Assembly (NCBI GenBank): GCA_037308085.1
Contig: CP147779.1
Location: 2,720,001-2,784,000 of the forward strand
Length of the DNA: 64,000 bases
Direction: 5' to 3'
DNA from: Promethearchaeati archaeon SRVP18_Atabeyarchaeia-1
Lineage (GTDB): Archaea; Asgardarchaeota; Atabeyarchaeia; Atabeyarchaeales; Atabeyarchaeaceae
Each line of letters opens with the position of its first letter. The first letter of the stretch is position 1. A model generated the notes under the pieces. It was not told the origin of the DNA, ran no database searches, and saw only the letters and a list, made by a program, of their open reading frames with translations. Below, piece by piece: positions 51,828-61,915 of the stretch. The position numbers were made by a program, and so were the translations under genes.

Positions 51828-53672
51828 TTACTTTCTGGGTTTGTGCAGGTACTCGGGTACCGGAACGTCCCACCAGCCGCTGCTGAGACCTTCGGAGTAT
51901 GGGTGCTCGACTGCAACCATGGCTTCTATCACTGATGGCTTACCTGACTCCACGGAGTTCCTGAGTGCATCTTTTAGCTCTCCCGGCTTCTCCACTCTTT
52001 CCGCATGGCATCCGTATGCCTCACTTATTTTCATGAAGTCAGGCGTGTATCGTTTGCCTGATTTGTCAATGAATTCCGTCGCATAATCTCTTCCTTTGCC
52101 ATACTTGTCTATTTGTAAGTCTCGGATGGAGCCGAACATTTGGTTGTTAATTAGGCAATGGATTACCGATATTTCGTTCTGAACGGCTGTTGCTAGTTCG
52201 TGACCGCACATGAAGAAGTCTCCGTCCCCGCCGATGCTTACGACTGTGCGGTCTGGCTTCGCAAGTTTGGCGCCAAGCGCTGCCGGTATGCACCATCCCA
52301 TCGTTGAGAATCCACCTGACGACAGGTGCGTCCTTGGCTCATAAACTGGGAACTCCTGAAATAGCTGGGCCTGGGAGTGACCTGCTGAGCCAACTAGGAT
52401 GGTTTTCCGGTCAAGCAATTCGCGGAGTTCCTTCAAGAAAAGTGAGAGCGTTATTTTTCCACCAACAACTTTCTGGAGTCCCTTGATCTTCGCTAGCCAG
52501 TCCTCTTTCCCCTTTGCCAATTCCTTGAAATAAGGCGAAGTTTGGTATTCTCTCCGTTTAGCTAACTTAATAATTGCCACAAGCAGATCGGCTAGAGCGG
52601 TTCTCGCGTCGCTTACTATCCCTATCTCCGTGGGATAGTTCTTTCCTATCTCACCTGGATCGATATCTATGTGGATCAGCTTTGTGGGTGGAATCGAGTA
52701 GGTAATTCCTGGCTTGTATGAACTCGTGGACTGATCTGAGAACCTGCATCCAACCGCCACTATCACGTCAGCTTCCCGCGTGACCTTGTTCCCGATATCT
52801 GAGCCCTTTGCGCCGCCATAGTATGCCGCTAGAGGATGATCCTCAGGGATAGCACCTTTTCCCATTAATGTGGTGATAACCGGCGAACCGATGTACTCCG
52901 CGAGGCTAACGAGCTCCTTTGAGGCGTCTGCAAGAATCACTCCTCCACCTGCAACTATGACTGGGCGCTCCGATTTCATGATAAGCTTGCCAGCTTCAAG
53001 TATTCTCTCGGGGTCTGCTCTAATTCTTCCAAAAGGTCTCTTTTGAACTGGATCAGGTATCTCAGTCTCAATTGATTCGGCTTGAACGTCCATTGGCAGA
53101 GTCATATGCACCGGACCAGGTCTTCCGCTCAGCGCCCAGCGAAATGCATCAGGCAGAACCCTTGGCAACTGGTCTACTCTACTGATATTCCAGGTACGCT
53201 TGACTATGGGGCGCATTACGCCATAGAAGTCCGCCCAGACTTGTCTATCTATTTCTTGGAAGATGCCCCTCCCATACGAATACGTATGGGTTTCCCCTGT
53301 GAATATGACCATCGCGGTGGAATCAACATATGCCGTGGCAGCGCCTATCGCAAGATTAGCCGCACCAGGTCCAATAGATGTGAATACGGCAAGTGGTTTC
53401 CCGCTAGCCCTAAAGTATCCATCAGCTATGTGGGCAGCTGACTGCTCATGTCGAACCTGTATAACCGATATCTTGTCGCTTCTATCCCTTAGGGCGTCGA
53501 CCAGCGCAAGATTTCCGTGACCCGGGATGCCAACGATGTAGGGAACGCGCTCTTTGATTAAGTATTCAGCTACTATCTCTCCACCAGTCCAGCCTCTGAT
53601 ATTGCTACTCTCACTGGAGTTCTCCTTCTTGCCTTGCCTTCTAACCATACGTTCTCGGCGCCTCCTTCTCAT
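51828..53672 (-). CDS. ThDP-dependent enzyme, acetolactate synthase superfamily (IolD-like features)
   Basis: GIPGHGN, RHEQ, TSIGPGAAN, GDG...NN ThDP motif, MG..IPAALGAKLA; start probably the ATG of MVRRQ. Confidence 0.88.
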   Translation of the reverse strand: MRRRRRERMVRRQGKKENSSESSNIRGWTGGEIVAEYLIKERVPYIVGIPGHGNLALVDALRDRSDKISVIQVRHEQSAAHIADGYFRASGKPLAVFTSIGPGAANLAIGAATAYVDSTAMVIFTGETHTYSYGRGIFQEIDRQVWADFYGVMRPIVKRTWNISRVDQLPRVLPDAFRWALSGRPGPVHMTLPMDVQAESIETEIPDPVQKRPFGRIRADPERILEAGKLIMKSERPVIVAGGGVILADASKELVSLAEYIGSPVITTLMGKGAIPEDHPLAAYYGGAKGSDIGNKVTREADVIVAVGCRFSDQSTSSYKPGITYSIPPTKLIHIDIDPGEIGKNYPTEIGIVSDARTALADLLVAIIKLAKRREYQTSPYFKELAKGKEDWLAKIKGLQKVVGGKITLSLFLKELRELLDRKTILVGSAGHSQAQLFQEFPVYEPRTHLSSGGFSTMGWCIPAALGAKLAKPDRTVVSIGGDGDFFMCGHELATAVQNEISVIHCLINNQMFGSIRDLQIDKYGKGRDYATEFIDKSGKRYTPDFMKISEAYGCHAERVEKPGELKDALRNSVESGKPSVIEAMVAVEHPYSEGLSSGWWDVPVPEYLHKPRK

Positions 53673-53943
53673 TTGAGAGCACAGTTAGCTAGAATTGCGA
53701 TGATCAAGTAAATATCGTTAACGCCAGGGATGCCGCTTTCGGCCTAGGTTCTGCAATGGGTCATGGAATTGGATGCGGCCTATACCATATTGGCAAGTCA
53801 ATTGGCGCAGTAGGTTATGAGGTGCCGGCTCTTTTCGCGGTTGCTCTAGCAACATGCGGGCGATGTGGTTCGCCAGTGGAGCCCAGCAAAGATAAAGGGA
53901 GGTTGAAACAAGAGAATAATTGATACAGAAAGGGGTTTTCATC

Positions 53944-54468
53944 TTGAGAATCTTGGTGACCTACCACTCTGATACCGGAAACACAGAGAAAGTCGCGAAG
54001 GCGATCCATGAGGAAGCCTCAAAAAAGGGCAAAGCAGATTTGAAGAAGCTCAAAGAAACTAAGGCGGAAGACCTTGACCAGTACGATCTGGTTTTCCTAG
54101 GCTCACCTTGTCATGCATTTGACTTGTCAAGCCCAGTCAAGAGAATGTTGGCTGCGATTCCTAAGGCGCCCAAGTACAAGCTTGCAGGCTTCATAACCCA
54201 CATGTCGCCGGTAGCAGAAAAGCATGAGGGACACGAAAGATGTTTCTCCACATTTGAAAAAGCGATTAAGGAGAAGCAAATCGACTTCAAAGGTATCTAT
54301 GATTGCCAAGGGGTTCCCGCCCTGCAAATCCGGGAGTTTGTCAAAAAGGGTTTGAATGTTCCCGATGCTGAATGGGAGAAGCATTTACGGGAAATGGAGA
54401 AGCACCCCAGCGTCGAAGACTTGCAGAAGGCTAAGGAATTTGCCAGACGCGTGATGTCTGGAATCTAG
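53944..54468 (+). CDS. Flavodoxin family protein
   Basis: YHSDTGNTEKVA, YDLVFLGSP, HP..EDL..A..FA. Confidence 0.9.
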   Translation: MRILVTYHSDTGNTEKVAKAIHEEASKKGKADLKKLKETKAEDLDQYDLVFLGSPCHAFDLSSPVKRMLAAIPKAPKYKLAGFITHMSPVAEKHEGHERCFSTFEKAIKEKQIDFKGIYDCQGVPALQIREFVKKGLNVPDAEWEKHLREMEKHPSVEDLQKAKEFARRVMSGI

Positions 54469-54505
54469 CCCTCTCGTCTTCTCTGAGTCTGGAACAGATC
54501 TAGGG

Positions 54506-54976
54506 TTAGGCGGCGATCTCCGTTACTTGAAGTCTTCCTTTTTCTATGATTCTTCGTCTGGCTTCGAAAAGTTCGATAAGATTTCCCAATGAATTCAGAG
54601 CCATGACGACTGATATCACAAGGGCGAATAGGCTGATGTCAAAGAAGATTATAACTGTTTGACCTCCTACGAGAATGGTGTATGAGGCAGGGGTACCCAG
54701 AAGGAAGTATAGATAGGCTGCGGAGAAGAGTGACCATCCTATTCCGGCAAGCGCCCAGATGACCGAATGCCTCGGAAACGCACCTCTGCAGAAGGCGACG
54801 ATTGCAACCAAGACTCCAGTTGCAGTGACGGTTACGGTTCTATTCTCACCCAGCGACAAGCCTGGGATTGCTTGTTGCAGTACCTGGAAGAGCGCACTTG
54901 GCAACAACACGAAGAGTATAACAGTCATTATCGCGTTAGTCACGCCACTTGCGAAGCTGAATCTCGCCTTGCTCAT
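54506..54976 (-). CDS. Hypothetical four-TM membrane protein
   Basis: ATG after GGTGGT SD; four hydrophobic segments. Confidence 0.7.
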   Translation of the reverse strand: MSKARFSFASGVTNAIMTVILFVLLPSALFQVLQQAIPGLSLGENRTVTVTATGVLVAIVAFCRGAFPRHSVIWALAGIGWSLFSAAYLYFLLGTPASYTILVGGQTVIIFFDISLFALVISVVMALNSLGNLIELFEARRRIIEKGRLQVTEIAA

Positions 54977-55050
54977 TTGCCAGCAACCACCTTCGATCCT
55001 TCAAATCCGGGTATCCGTCGCTTGCTCTCGTCCCAGACCTAGTCGGCTTG

Positions 55051-55632
55051 TTACAGGGGAACTACCTGAGGTGACTGTACTGAGAATTTTATCAGCCCAT
55101 AGGCGAACTCGCTGTGGATTGTAAATACGATATTGTAGTTGCCGGGATTGGCACTGACGTATGTCAGGTTTAGATCGAGGCTTACAGTCCCACTCTGGGA
55201 ATAGCCCCTCTGTATTGATACGGGAACTGTCTGTGTTGAGTTGACAAAGTTGCTATAAGGATCATTCGCTGTTATGCTCACGTAGAAGTTGTCTATCTCG
55301 TAGAATCCGTTGTTTGTCACCGTATAGCTTACCGTGACAACATAGGCTGAAGGTTTGGAAGTCACTGTGGCTGACGATATTCCTACGTTGTACGCAGGCG
55401 GGATAGCGGAATAGACTGCCGTGAAAATCAACGCAATGAATACTAGATTCGTTACTCCAAGAAGTATTCTTCCTGCCTTGGTTTTTCTCACCCTGCGGTA
55501 GACCTCCGTAGAACCCTGTGTAGAGAGCTTAGTATCACTACTATTGTCTGAACTTGTCTGCATAGAGATCTGGCGAGCATGACTTAATATACTTGGCGAA
55601 GTCATTGCGAATAATGCAGCCAGAGCGGGCAA
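55051..55632 (-). CDS. Single-TM anchored beta-sandwich (LEA_2/WHy-like) protein; start uncertain
   Basis: Basic patch, one TM helix, then V.N.G.Y.I and an alternating beta pattern. Confidence 0.6.
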   Translation of the reverse strand: MPALAALFAMTSPSILSHARQISMQTSSDNSSDTKLSTQGSTEVYRRVRKTKAGRILLGVTNLVFIALIFTAVYSAIPPAYNVGISSATVTSKPSAYVVTVSYTVTNNGFYEIDNFYVSITANDPYSNFVNSTQTVPVSIQRGYSQSGTVSLDLNLTYVSANPGNYNIVFTIHSEFAYGLIKFSVQSPQVVPL

Positions 55633-55743
55633 AACCTAGCTTTAGATACGCCGGTAATGTGAAGCTGTAATTACCATCACCACAGAAATCCCTATCCATG
55701 AATCACCGTGAAAAGCTACGCAATCAATGGAGGTGCATGCGTC

Positions 55744-56739
55744 TTGGGAACCCTTATACAAGGCGCGAGGAACGCGGTTCAGACTTGCATGAATGTCAAG
55801 ATGGGTGAGCATGTGCTCATCGTGACAGACAGGCCACGGCTCGAAATAGGAGAGGCACTGAGAAAAGAGGCGGAGTTCCTCAGCCCAGGAAACACAAAGT
55901 TGTTTGTCTTGGAGGACTTCGTGTCAAGACCGATGAAGGATCTGCCTCAACAGATTTTCAAAGAGTTACCGTCAGCGAATGTAACGTTCTGGGCGACGGA
56001 TTCCATGAAGGGAGAAGTCACAAGCAGAATGAAGTTTCTCAGAGAGGTCCTGAAATATGCTAGGCACGGGCACATGCCAAACATAACTAGGCAAGTCATG
56101 GAAGATGGCATGTGCAGCGATTACAATGAGATATACAGAATTACGACAAAGGTCCATGAAGTTGTGAAGAAAGCTAGGAAGTTCAGAGTGACGAACCCCG
56201 CTGGAACAGATCTGGAAGTCGAGCTGAACCCGAGTTGGCGATGGAAGCTCGCTCATGGCTTGTACCACGAGAAGGGTGAGTGGGGAAACCTTCCTGAGGG
56301 TGAGATCTTCACTGCCGCTTACAGAGCAAACGGAACGATGGTCATCGACTTGCTGGGAGACTTCTTCGATAAGAAATACGGGATAATGACGGACTCGCCA
56401 CTGCGGATCAAAGTGAAGAATTCGAGGGCAGATGTGGAGAGCATTGAAACGAAGAATCAAGAACTTAAGAAAGAACTGCAGGCGTACCTGAAGACTGACG
56501 GAAACAGTGATCGGCTCGGAGAGTTTGCACTCGGAACAAACATGTCTCTAAAGAAACTAATAGGGAACCTTCTGCAGGATGAGAAGTTCCCGACAGTTCA
56601 CTGTGCCTTTGGCGATCCATATTCCGATGAAACAGGAGCAGATTGGAAATCTAAGACGCATGTAGATGGAATCATGATCGACTGTACCGTGACAGCTGAC
56701 AACAAGAAGATCATGGAAAAAAGCCAATACCTGCTTTGA
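55744..56739 (+). CDS. M29 aminopeptidase (AmpS/AmpT-like)
   Basis: GTDL, NLPEGEIF, LGEFALGTN, LQDEK, H.AFG, H.DG; TTG after GGAGGTG. Confidence 0.88.
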   Translation: MGTLIQGARNAVQTCMNVKMGEHVLIVTDRPRLEIGEALRKEAEFLSPGNTKLFVLEDFVSRPMKDLPQQIFKELPSANVTFWATDSMKGEVTSRMKFLREVLKYARHGHMPNITRQVMEDGMCSDYNEIYRITTKVHEVVKKARKFRVTNPAGTDLEVELNPSWRWKLAHGLYHEKGEWGNLPEGEIFTAAYRANGTMVIDLLGDFFDKKYGIMTDSPLRIKVKNSRADVESIETKNQELKKELQAYLKTDGNSDRLGEFALGTNMSLKKLIGNLLQDEKFPTVHCAFGDPYSDETGADWKSKTHVDGIMIDCTVTADNKKIMEKSQYLL

Positions 56740-56843
56740 TCTCAAAGAGAATCGAACAAAGGTATAGCGCGGATTCTCACCTATGCCGTGGATGGGTACT
56801 GAAACCAGATGTTCGCCCTACTTGGTTCTGCGTAGGCGTTCTC

Positions 56844-57092
56844 TCACGAAGTTACGTTGGCTATCTTTATGTCCCAGTAGTCTTCGACCTTGAGGACTAT
56901 GGCTGTGTGGAACCTTCTGTGCGTCTTCGGGCAGACGAGGATCGCACCTAGTTGTCTGTTCCTGTCTTGGGAGAACTGTGGACTAAAATCCTTACCCACC
57001 ATTGATGACGGCCTTTCAAGCAGCATATTCACAGTATGCTTGCCCTTGCATCTGGGGCAAGGCACGCTAATGCTCTTTTCTTGTTTCTCCAA
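56844..57092 (-). CDS. Small putative zinc-binding protein
   Basis: CPRC...H and CP.T...F motifs; TTG after a purine-rich SD. Confidence 0.55.
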   Translation of the reverse strand: MEKQEKSISVPCPRCKGKHTVNMLLERPSSMVGKDFSPQFSQDRNRQLGAILVCPKTHRRFHTAIVLKVEDYWDIKIANVTS

Positions 57093-57348
57093 GGTTCCTT
57101 CCCGTCTCCCGTAGAGACTATCTACGTATTACCTTTTATTGCTTGCCATTATTTCGCTGGGTGAAATGCCAGAGTCATCCACAGCCAAGGAGAACTCCCT
57201 GATACGGTTGTTCCACATTCGGGGAGGCTTTCATAGGAGATCAGCTACCCCCAGAGCACTGTTTCTTGCTTCGAAGTTCGCAATGCAGAAAAAAAGCATA
57301 TGTGCTTGTGGTGCCAATAGTATCTCTGACTCTCGTAAGGGGATCTTA

Positions 57349-57912
57349 ATGACAGAAAACCTTCAGCGTTACTCGTTCAAGGTAGTCGTGCTCGGAGACT
57401 GGGCTGTTGGAAAGACCAGCCTTATCAGGCGACATGCCAAAGGCAAGTTTGAGCATGATACCAAACCGACAATCGGCGTCGATATTACCACAAAGCCCTA
57501 TAGGATTCAGGGAGGAGCCGCGATAGAACTCTCTATATGGGATATTGCCGGTCAGGAGTTCTCAAGTTCTGTAAGGCACCAGTATTATGCGGGAACATCT
57601 GCTGCCATCCTGGTTTTCGATCTGACGAGACCTGAGACTTTCTGGCATGTCAAGACGTGGTACGTTGATCTTAGAGACCATTTGCATCAGAAAGTTCCAG
57701 TTGTTCTTATGGGCAATAAGAAGGACCTTGCCGATCAGAAAGCAGTAACTGACAGCGAGATCAGGGAACTTGCTGATGGCTATGGCTTTAAGTATTTTGA
57801 CACTTCGGCTTCAACTGGTGAAAATGTTGACAAGGCTTTCTACACACTTCTCGCTCAAATAGTGCTACAGAAGAAGGTCCATCTGGACTTGTTTGGCATA
57901 AGAGAAACCTGA
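57349..57912 (+). CDS. Rab/Ras-like small GTPase
   Basis: GDWAVGKTS, PTIGVD, WDIAGQE, NKKD, TSAS; start ATG 57349. Confidence 0.95.
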   Translation: MTENLQRYSFKVVVLGDWAVGKTSLIRRHAKGKFEHDTKPTIGVDITTKPYRIQGGAAIELSIWDIAGQEFSSSVRHQYYAGTSAAILVFDLTRPETFWHVKTWYVDLRDHLHQKVPVVLMGNKKDLADQKAVTDSEIRELADGYGFKYFDTSASTGENVDKAFYTLLAQIVLQKKVHLDLFGIRET

Positions 57913-58019
57913 AATGCTTGCCACTCAAGGCCTAAACGTGCCTTGTCTTCATGGTCGCGTTGCCAAGGATAGAAGAAGAAACCTTATGGCGAGAAGCATC
58001 CCAGATTGATTCATTCTGC

Positions 58020-58766
58020 TCAGGTCGTCATTCCCCCATCGACAGATAGATTGGTGCCCGTGCAGAAATCATTCAGCGCTAGGAACAGAACGCCGTCGGC
58101 AATTTCCTCGGGTTTGCCTAAGCGTTTCATGGGCTGTCGCGAAATGAGCTGTTTCAGCGCTTGCTCGGGGTCCTCTGCTGCTGCTACCCTTTGTCTGAAA
58201 GACGGCGTTTCTGTCGTACCTGGAAGGATACTATTCACGCGAATGTGGTCATCCATATAGTCCATCGCCATGGCGCGGGTCAACGACAACACTGCGCCTT
58301 TCGACGCGGTGTAGGCGGCTCTATCCTTGACTCCCTTTAATGCGACAGATGATGATGTATTGATTATCGTCCCCCTTGTCTTCTTGAGGTGTGGTATGGC
58401 ATACTTAGAAAGAAGGAAGATGCCGCGTACGTTGACCCCCATTGTCTTGTCCCAGTCCTCGACGGACGTGTTATCGACCCTTCCTGACACAACAATGCCG
58501 GCGTTGTTAAATAGGATGTCGATTCTTCCATAAGTTGCGACCGCTTCGTCGACGATCTTCTTCGCATCTTCTGCCCTAGAGACGTCGCCCTGGATGAACT
58601 GCGCTCTCCCACCTGAGTCCTTGATCTTTTGTGCTATCTTGGAAGCGGATTCGGCTATGTCGACACAGCACACGGACGCTCCCTCTCTGGCAAAAAGTAT
58701 GGCAGTCACCTCTCCAATACCTGCGCCCGCACCAGTCACGATCGCTACTTTACCCTTCAACCTCAT
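58020..58766 (-). CDS. Short-chain dehydrogenase/reductase
   Basis: TGAGAGIG, NNAG, YTASK, PG.TET, DGG. Confidence 0.93.
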   Translation of the reverse strand: MRLKGKVAIVTGAGAGIGEVTAILFAREGASVCCVDIAESASKIAQKIKDSGGRAQFIQGDVSRAEDAKKIVDEAVATYGRIDILFNNAGIVVSGRVDNTSVEDWDKTMGVNVRGIFLLSKYAIPHLKKTRGTIINTSSSVALKGVKDRAAYTASKGAVLSLTRAMAMDYMDDHIRVNSILPGTTETPSFRQRVAAAEDPEQALKQLISRQPMKRLGKPEEIADGVLFLALNDFCTGTNLSVDGGMTT

Positions 58767-58798
58767 TATCCTCATCTCTTGATAATGACAGCTAATCA

Positions 58799-59074
58799 TT
58801 ACTTGCCATTGCTAATTATCCTTTGTTGTCCTAAACCTGTCAAGTGCCACACCCTAGGTCTTCCACTTCTACGCGACACTATCTTCTCGTTCTCCATCAA
58901 GTGAAGGTGGTAGTTAACAACCTTGTAGGAGAGGCCAGCTTCCTTGGATACCTTCGAGGCGGACTTCCAATCCGCCCTCAGTGCCCTGATAACTCTAGTT
59001 CTGCTCATTACTCCAGGAAGAACGTTTTGTATCGTCCGAAGGTAGGCCCTTGGTTCAGTTTCAAGTTTCTCCAT
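58799..59074 (-). CDS. Winged-helix (ArsR-like) transcriptional regulator
   Basis: RTRVIRAL...SKEAGLSYKVVNYHLHLME.E.IV...W.LTG.GQ. Confidence 0.82.
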   Translation of the reverse strand: MEKLETEPRAYLRTIQNVLPGVMSRTRVIRALRADWKSASKVSKEAGLSYKVVNYHLHLMENEKIVSRRSGRPRVWHLTGLGQQRIISNGK

Positions 59075-59512
59075 CTTCCGTAACCGCCTCTTCACAGTCA
59101 TGAAGCCTCCTGCAGGGACTTCTTAGACATCACATTACGGACTGCTCATATATTGCGGTAATGAGACATCTCTCAATATCTGGAACTTGAGACCGAGTCT
59201 GAAGACCTGGTAGCCGCATATTCAACCTATGAAGCCCTGCAATTTGAAAGTTTCCCCATTGACCTCCCTTGCGTTTCCAGGAATTGGAGGAATCTGAATG
59301 CAGTTCTGGCCGAAAACACGGACAGCCTCCGAACAAACCTTACTTTCCTGAATCTGAAGGGTAGTATCAAAGAGAGAAAGGCTCTCCGGAACCGGAGTCA
59401 AGGGAACTATAAAGCGGTTGTTGCCCAGTCAGGCTTGCCAAAAGGATCTATGTCTGCATCCCGACGGACAACGAAAAGAAAAAAGTGACGGCGCACTGCT
59501 TCGAGGCACGAT

Positions 59513-60226
59513 TCATCTACGACCCTTAGTGACTGCAATCGCAACGACAGCGACTAATAATATTACAGCCCCGCCACCCAGAACCAGCGCTGTGGTCAGG
59601 TCGGCGCCCTGAGTCATGCTATTTGCCGTGAAGGAGGTCATGGTCCAGTTGAACCATCCTTGCCAGCCAGGAAAGCTGAGCCCAGTACACCAGTACACAT
59701 CGGCTTTCACCGTTATTCCAGTAGCCCTGTCCCAGTACATCTCATATCCGAATATATACGGAAGATCCATTATCTCCGCGTTGTAGTAGATGGTCAGAAA
59801 CTGCCTATAGTTGACAAGTCTCTGCGAACCGGCAACGTCCATCACAATGGTCTTGTTGATCATCCTGGGATAGCCGTCATACTCCGCAATCTGATCCCCT
59901 GCCAATAGATCTCCCGCAATGATATAAGGCTCAATGAAGCCATGATAACGCTGCACGTCCGAGACGTAATGTATCGTGTAAGCTGCCGCTCCGTTTGAGT
60001 AGAAGAAGATCACGTCGTACGACACGCTAGTTCCGCTGATATTGGTGATAGATATTGTTAGCCTGTCCCACTCTGGGACAGCCGAACAGACAAGGCTGTA
60101 GCTTGCCGTGTCTCCTACGTGAACGCCAGGATACCGGCTGACCGCAGCCCTGGAGCCATTTATTGTCGCCGAGACTGCCACGAGAACTAGAAGAGCAATG
60201 ATAGCAAAACCACACTTCTTACTTAT
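59513..60226 (-). CDS. Exported protein with signal peptide and C-terminal TM anchor (probable ATA start)
   Basis: ISKKCGFAIIALLVLVAVSA signal peptide in frame upstream of the track GTG; GVHVGD..Y and YWD..TGI motifs; C-terminal TM followed by KGRR. Confidence 0.75.
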   Translation of the reverse strand: MSKKCGFAIIALLVLVAVSATINGSRAAVSRYPGVHVGDTASYSLVCSAVPEWDRLTISITNISGTSVSYDVIFFYSNGAAAYTIHYVSDVQRYHGFIEPYIIAGDLLAGDQIAEYDGYPRMINKTIVMDVAGSQRLVNYRQFLTIYYNAEIMDLPYIFGYEMYWDRATGITVKADVYWCTGLSFPGWQGWFNWTMTSFTANSMTQGADLTTALVLGGGAVILLVAVVAIAVTKGRR

Positions 60227-60404
60227 ATGCTCCTCACCCCTAAACGGTCCCTACTCAGTACTATGATCTATGACACCCGGAGTATTGAACCTAGCGCTAA
60301 GCCTTGAAACGCAAAATTGCTTGCCCAGTGACCGACTGGCAACGTAGCAACCTTTAGATGAAATGACAAGTTTAATTTAGGTTGTACATTACTCTTCAAA
60401 TTGG

Positions 60405-61793
60405 TTGATGTCTATGGGTGTAACCGACTTTCTAAGAAGCTTGAAGCAGTGGCATGATAGGGGGGTTCTGTTTAACTACAACTTGCTGCCTGAGACCATT
60501 CCTACAACGATGCCGAGTAGGGTTCACATATGGGATGAGACTCTCAGAGATGGCGAACAGACCCCGGGTGTCTCTTTGAATGTGAATGAGAAGATTCAGC
60601 TCGCTAAGCTACTCGATGAGATCGGCGTCGACATAATCGTCGTCGGTTATCCTGCAGTCTCAAAGCACGAGGCTGAGGTTGTGAAGACGATACGCAAGGA
60701 GCGCTTCTCTCACGCAAGCATTGGGGCTCCAGCTAGGGCCCTGAAAAAGGACATCGATGCATGCATAGAATGCGAGGTTGATGAGGTCCCGATTTTCCTA
60801 GCAACCTCCGACCTTCGAATAAAATACGACTACAGGTTTAAGGGCGGTCGAGATGAGGTAGTAAAGCGGGCAGTTGAATCGGTTGAGTATGTTCGTCAGC
60901 ACGGGATGAAGGCGGACTTCGTGGCAGAGGACTCAACCAGAAGTGATGTTGATTTTGTTGCGAAGGTATTCAAGAGCGTAGCCGAAGCTGGTGCAGAAAG
61001 GGTTGTGGTCGCCGACACCGTGGGATTCATGCGACCCGGTTCGATGAAGGTCTATATGAAACGCCTCATGGACAAACTCCATGAGCAGAAGGTCAATGTG
61101 CCCGTCTCTGTTCACTGCCATAATGACCTGGGATTAGCAACCGCAAATACTCTAACCGCGATAGAGGAAGGAGCGGACTATCCACACGTGTGCGTAAATG
61201 GGTATGGTGAGAGAGCCGGGAATGCGCCACTTGAGGAAGTTGTACTAGCCCTCGAGATTCTATATGATAGAAGGACAGGCCTGAAAGTTGACAAACTATT
61301 CGAGCTCTCATTGCTTGCAGAGAAGGTCTTCTGCATCCCTATCCCTGTTCATAAGGCGATCGTTGGGGGAAACGCCTTCACACATGAATCTGGGATTCAT
61401 GTGAAAGGCATGCTGTTCCACCCGCTAGCGTATGAGCCAATAGATCCCAAAGTTGTCGGCAGAGAGAGACAGATAAGCTTCGGGAAGATGAGTGGAGCAG
61501 CAGGCGTCAAGGCGGTGCTACAGAGGGAGCTGAAAGGGGTCGAGCTGAGTGACGAGGAAGTGGGGAGGGTGCTCCAAGCCATCAAGAGCCGGATTGAGCA
61601 CCAAGGGGAAGAAGAGAAAGACAGCATAACCTCGGAATTCCAGGAGAAAGTCAAGAAGACCATGACCAAGATTCTTGCCGGAGTTAGATACAAGGAATTC
61701 TGGGAAATAGCTGGGAAGGAATTGAGGATCCCTAAGAAGACGCTTAATGAGATCATTGGACGCAAGGCGGAGGATGAATGGATAAGCCTCTAG
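60405..61793 (+). CDS. Isopropylmalate/homocitrate/citramalate synthase family (DRE-TIM), no evident LeuA regulatory domain
   Basis: DETLRDGEQ, ADTVG, HCHND.G.A.AN, GERAGN, AF.HESGIH, GKMSG. Confidence 0.9.
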   Translation: MMSMGVTDFLRSLKQWHDRGVLFNYNLLPETIPTTMPSRVHIWDETLRDGEQTPGVSLNVNEKIQLAKLLDEIGVDIIVVGYPAVSKHEAEVVKTIRKERFSHASIGAPARALKKDIDACIECEVDEVPIFLATSDLRIKYDYRFKGGRDEVVKRAVESVEYVRQHGMKADFVAEDSTRSDVDFVAKVFKSVAEAGAERVVVADTVGFMRPGSMKVYMKRLMDKLHEQKVNVPVSVHCHNDLGLATANTLTAIEEGADYPHVCVNGYGERAGNAPLEEVVLALEILYDRRTGLKVDKLFELSLLAEKVFCIPIPVHKAIVGGNAFTHESGIHVKGMLFHPLAYEPIDPKVVGRERQISFGKMSGAAGVKAVLQRELKGVELSDEEVGRVLQAIKSRIEHQGEEEKDSITSEFQEKVKKTMTKILAGVRYKEFWEIAGKELRIPKKTLNEIIGRKAEDEWISL

Positions 61794-61915
61794 TAGAAAG
61801 ACCTATCAAGCCTGTACTCTGTCTGGGGTTCTTGTGATGCACGATAAAAGTCTTTAAGTAGAGAGAGCCTTCCAAAGAACATGGCTCGGAATATTCTGCT
61901 TCCAATTTCTGGCAG

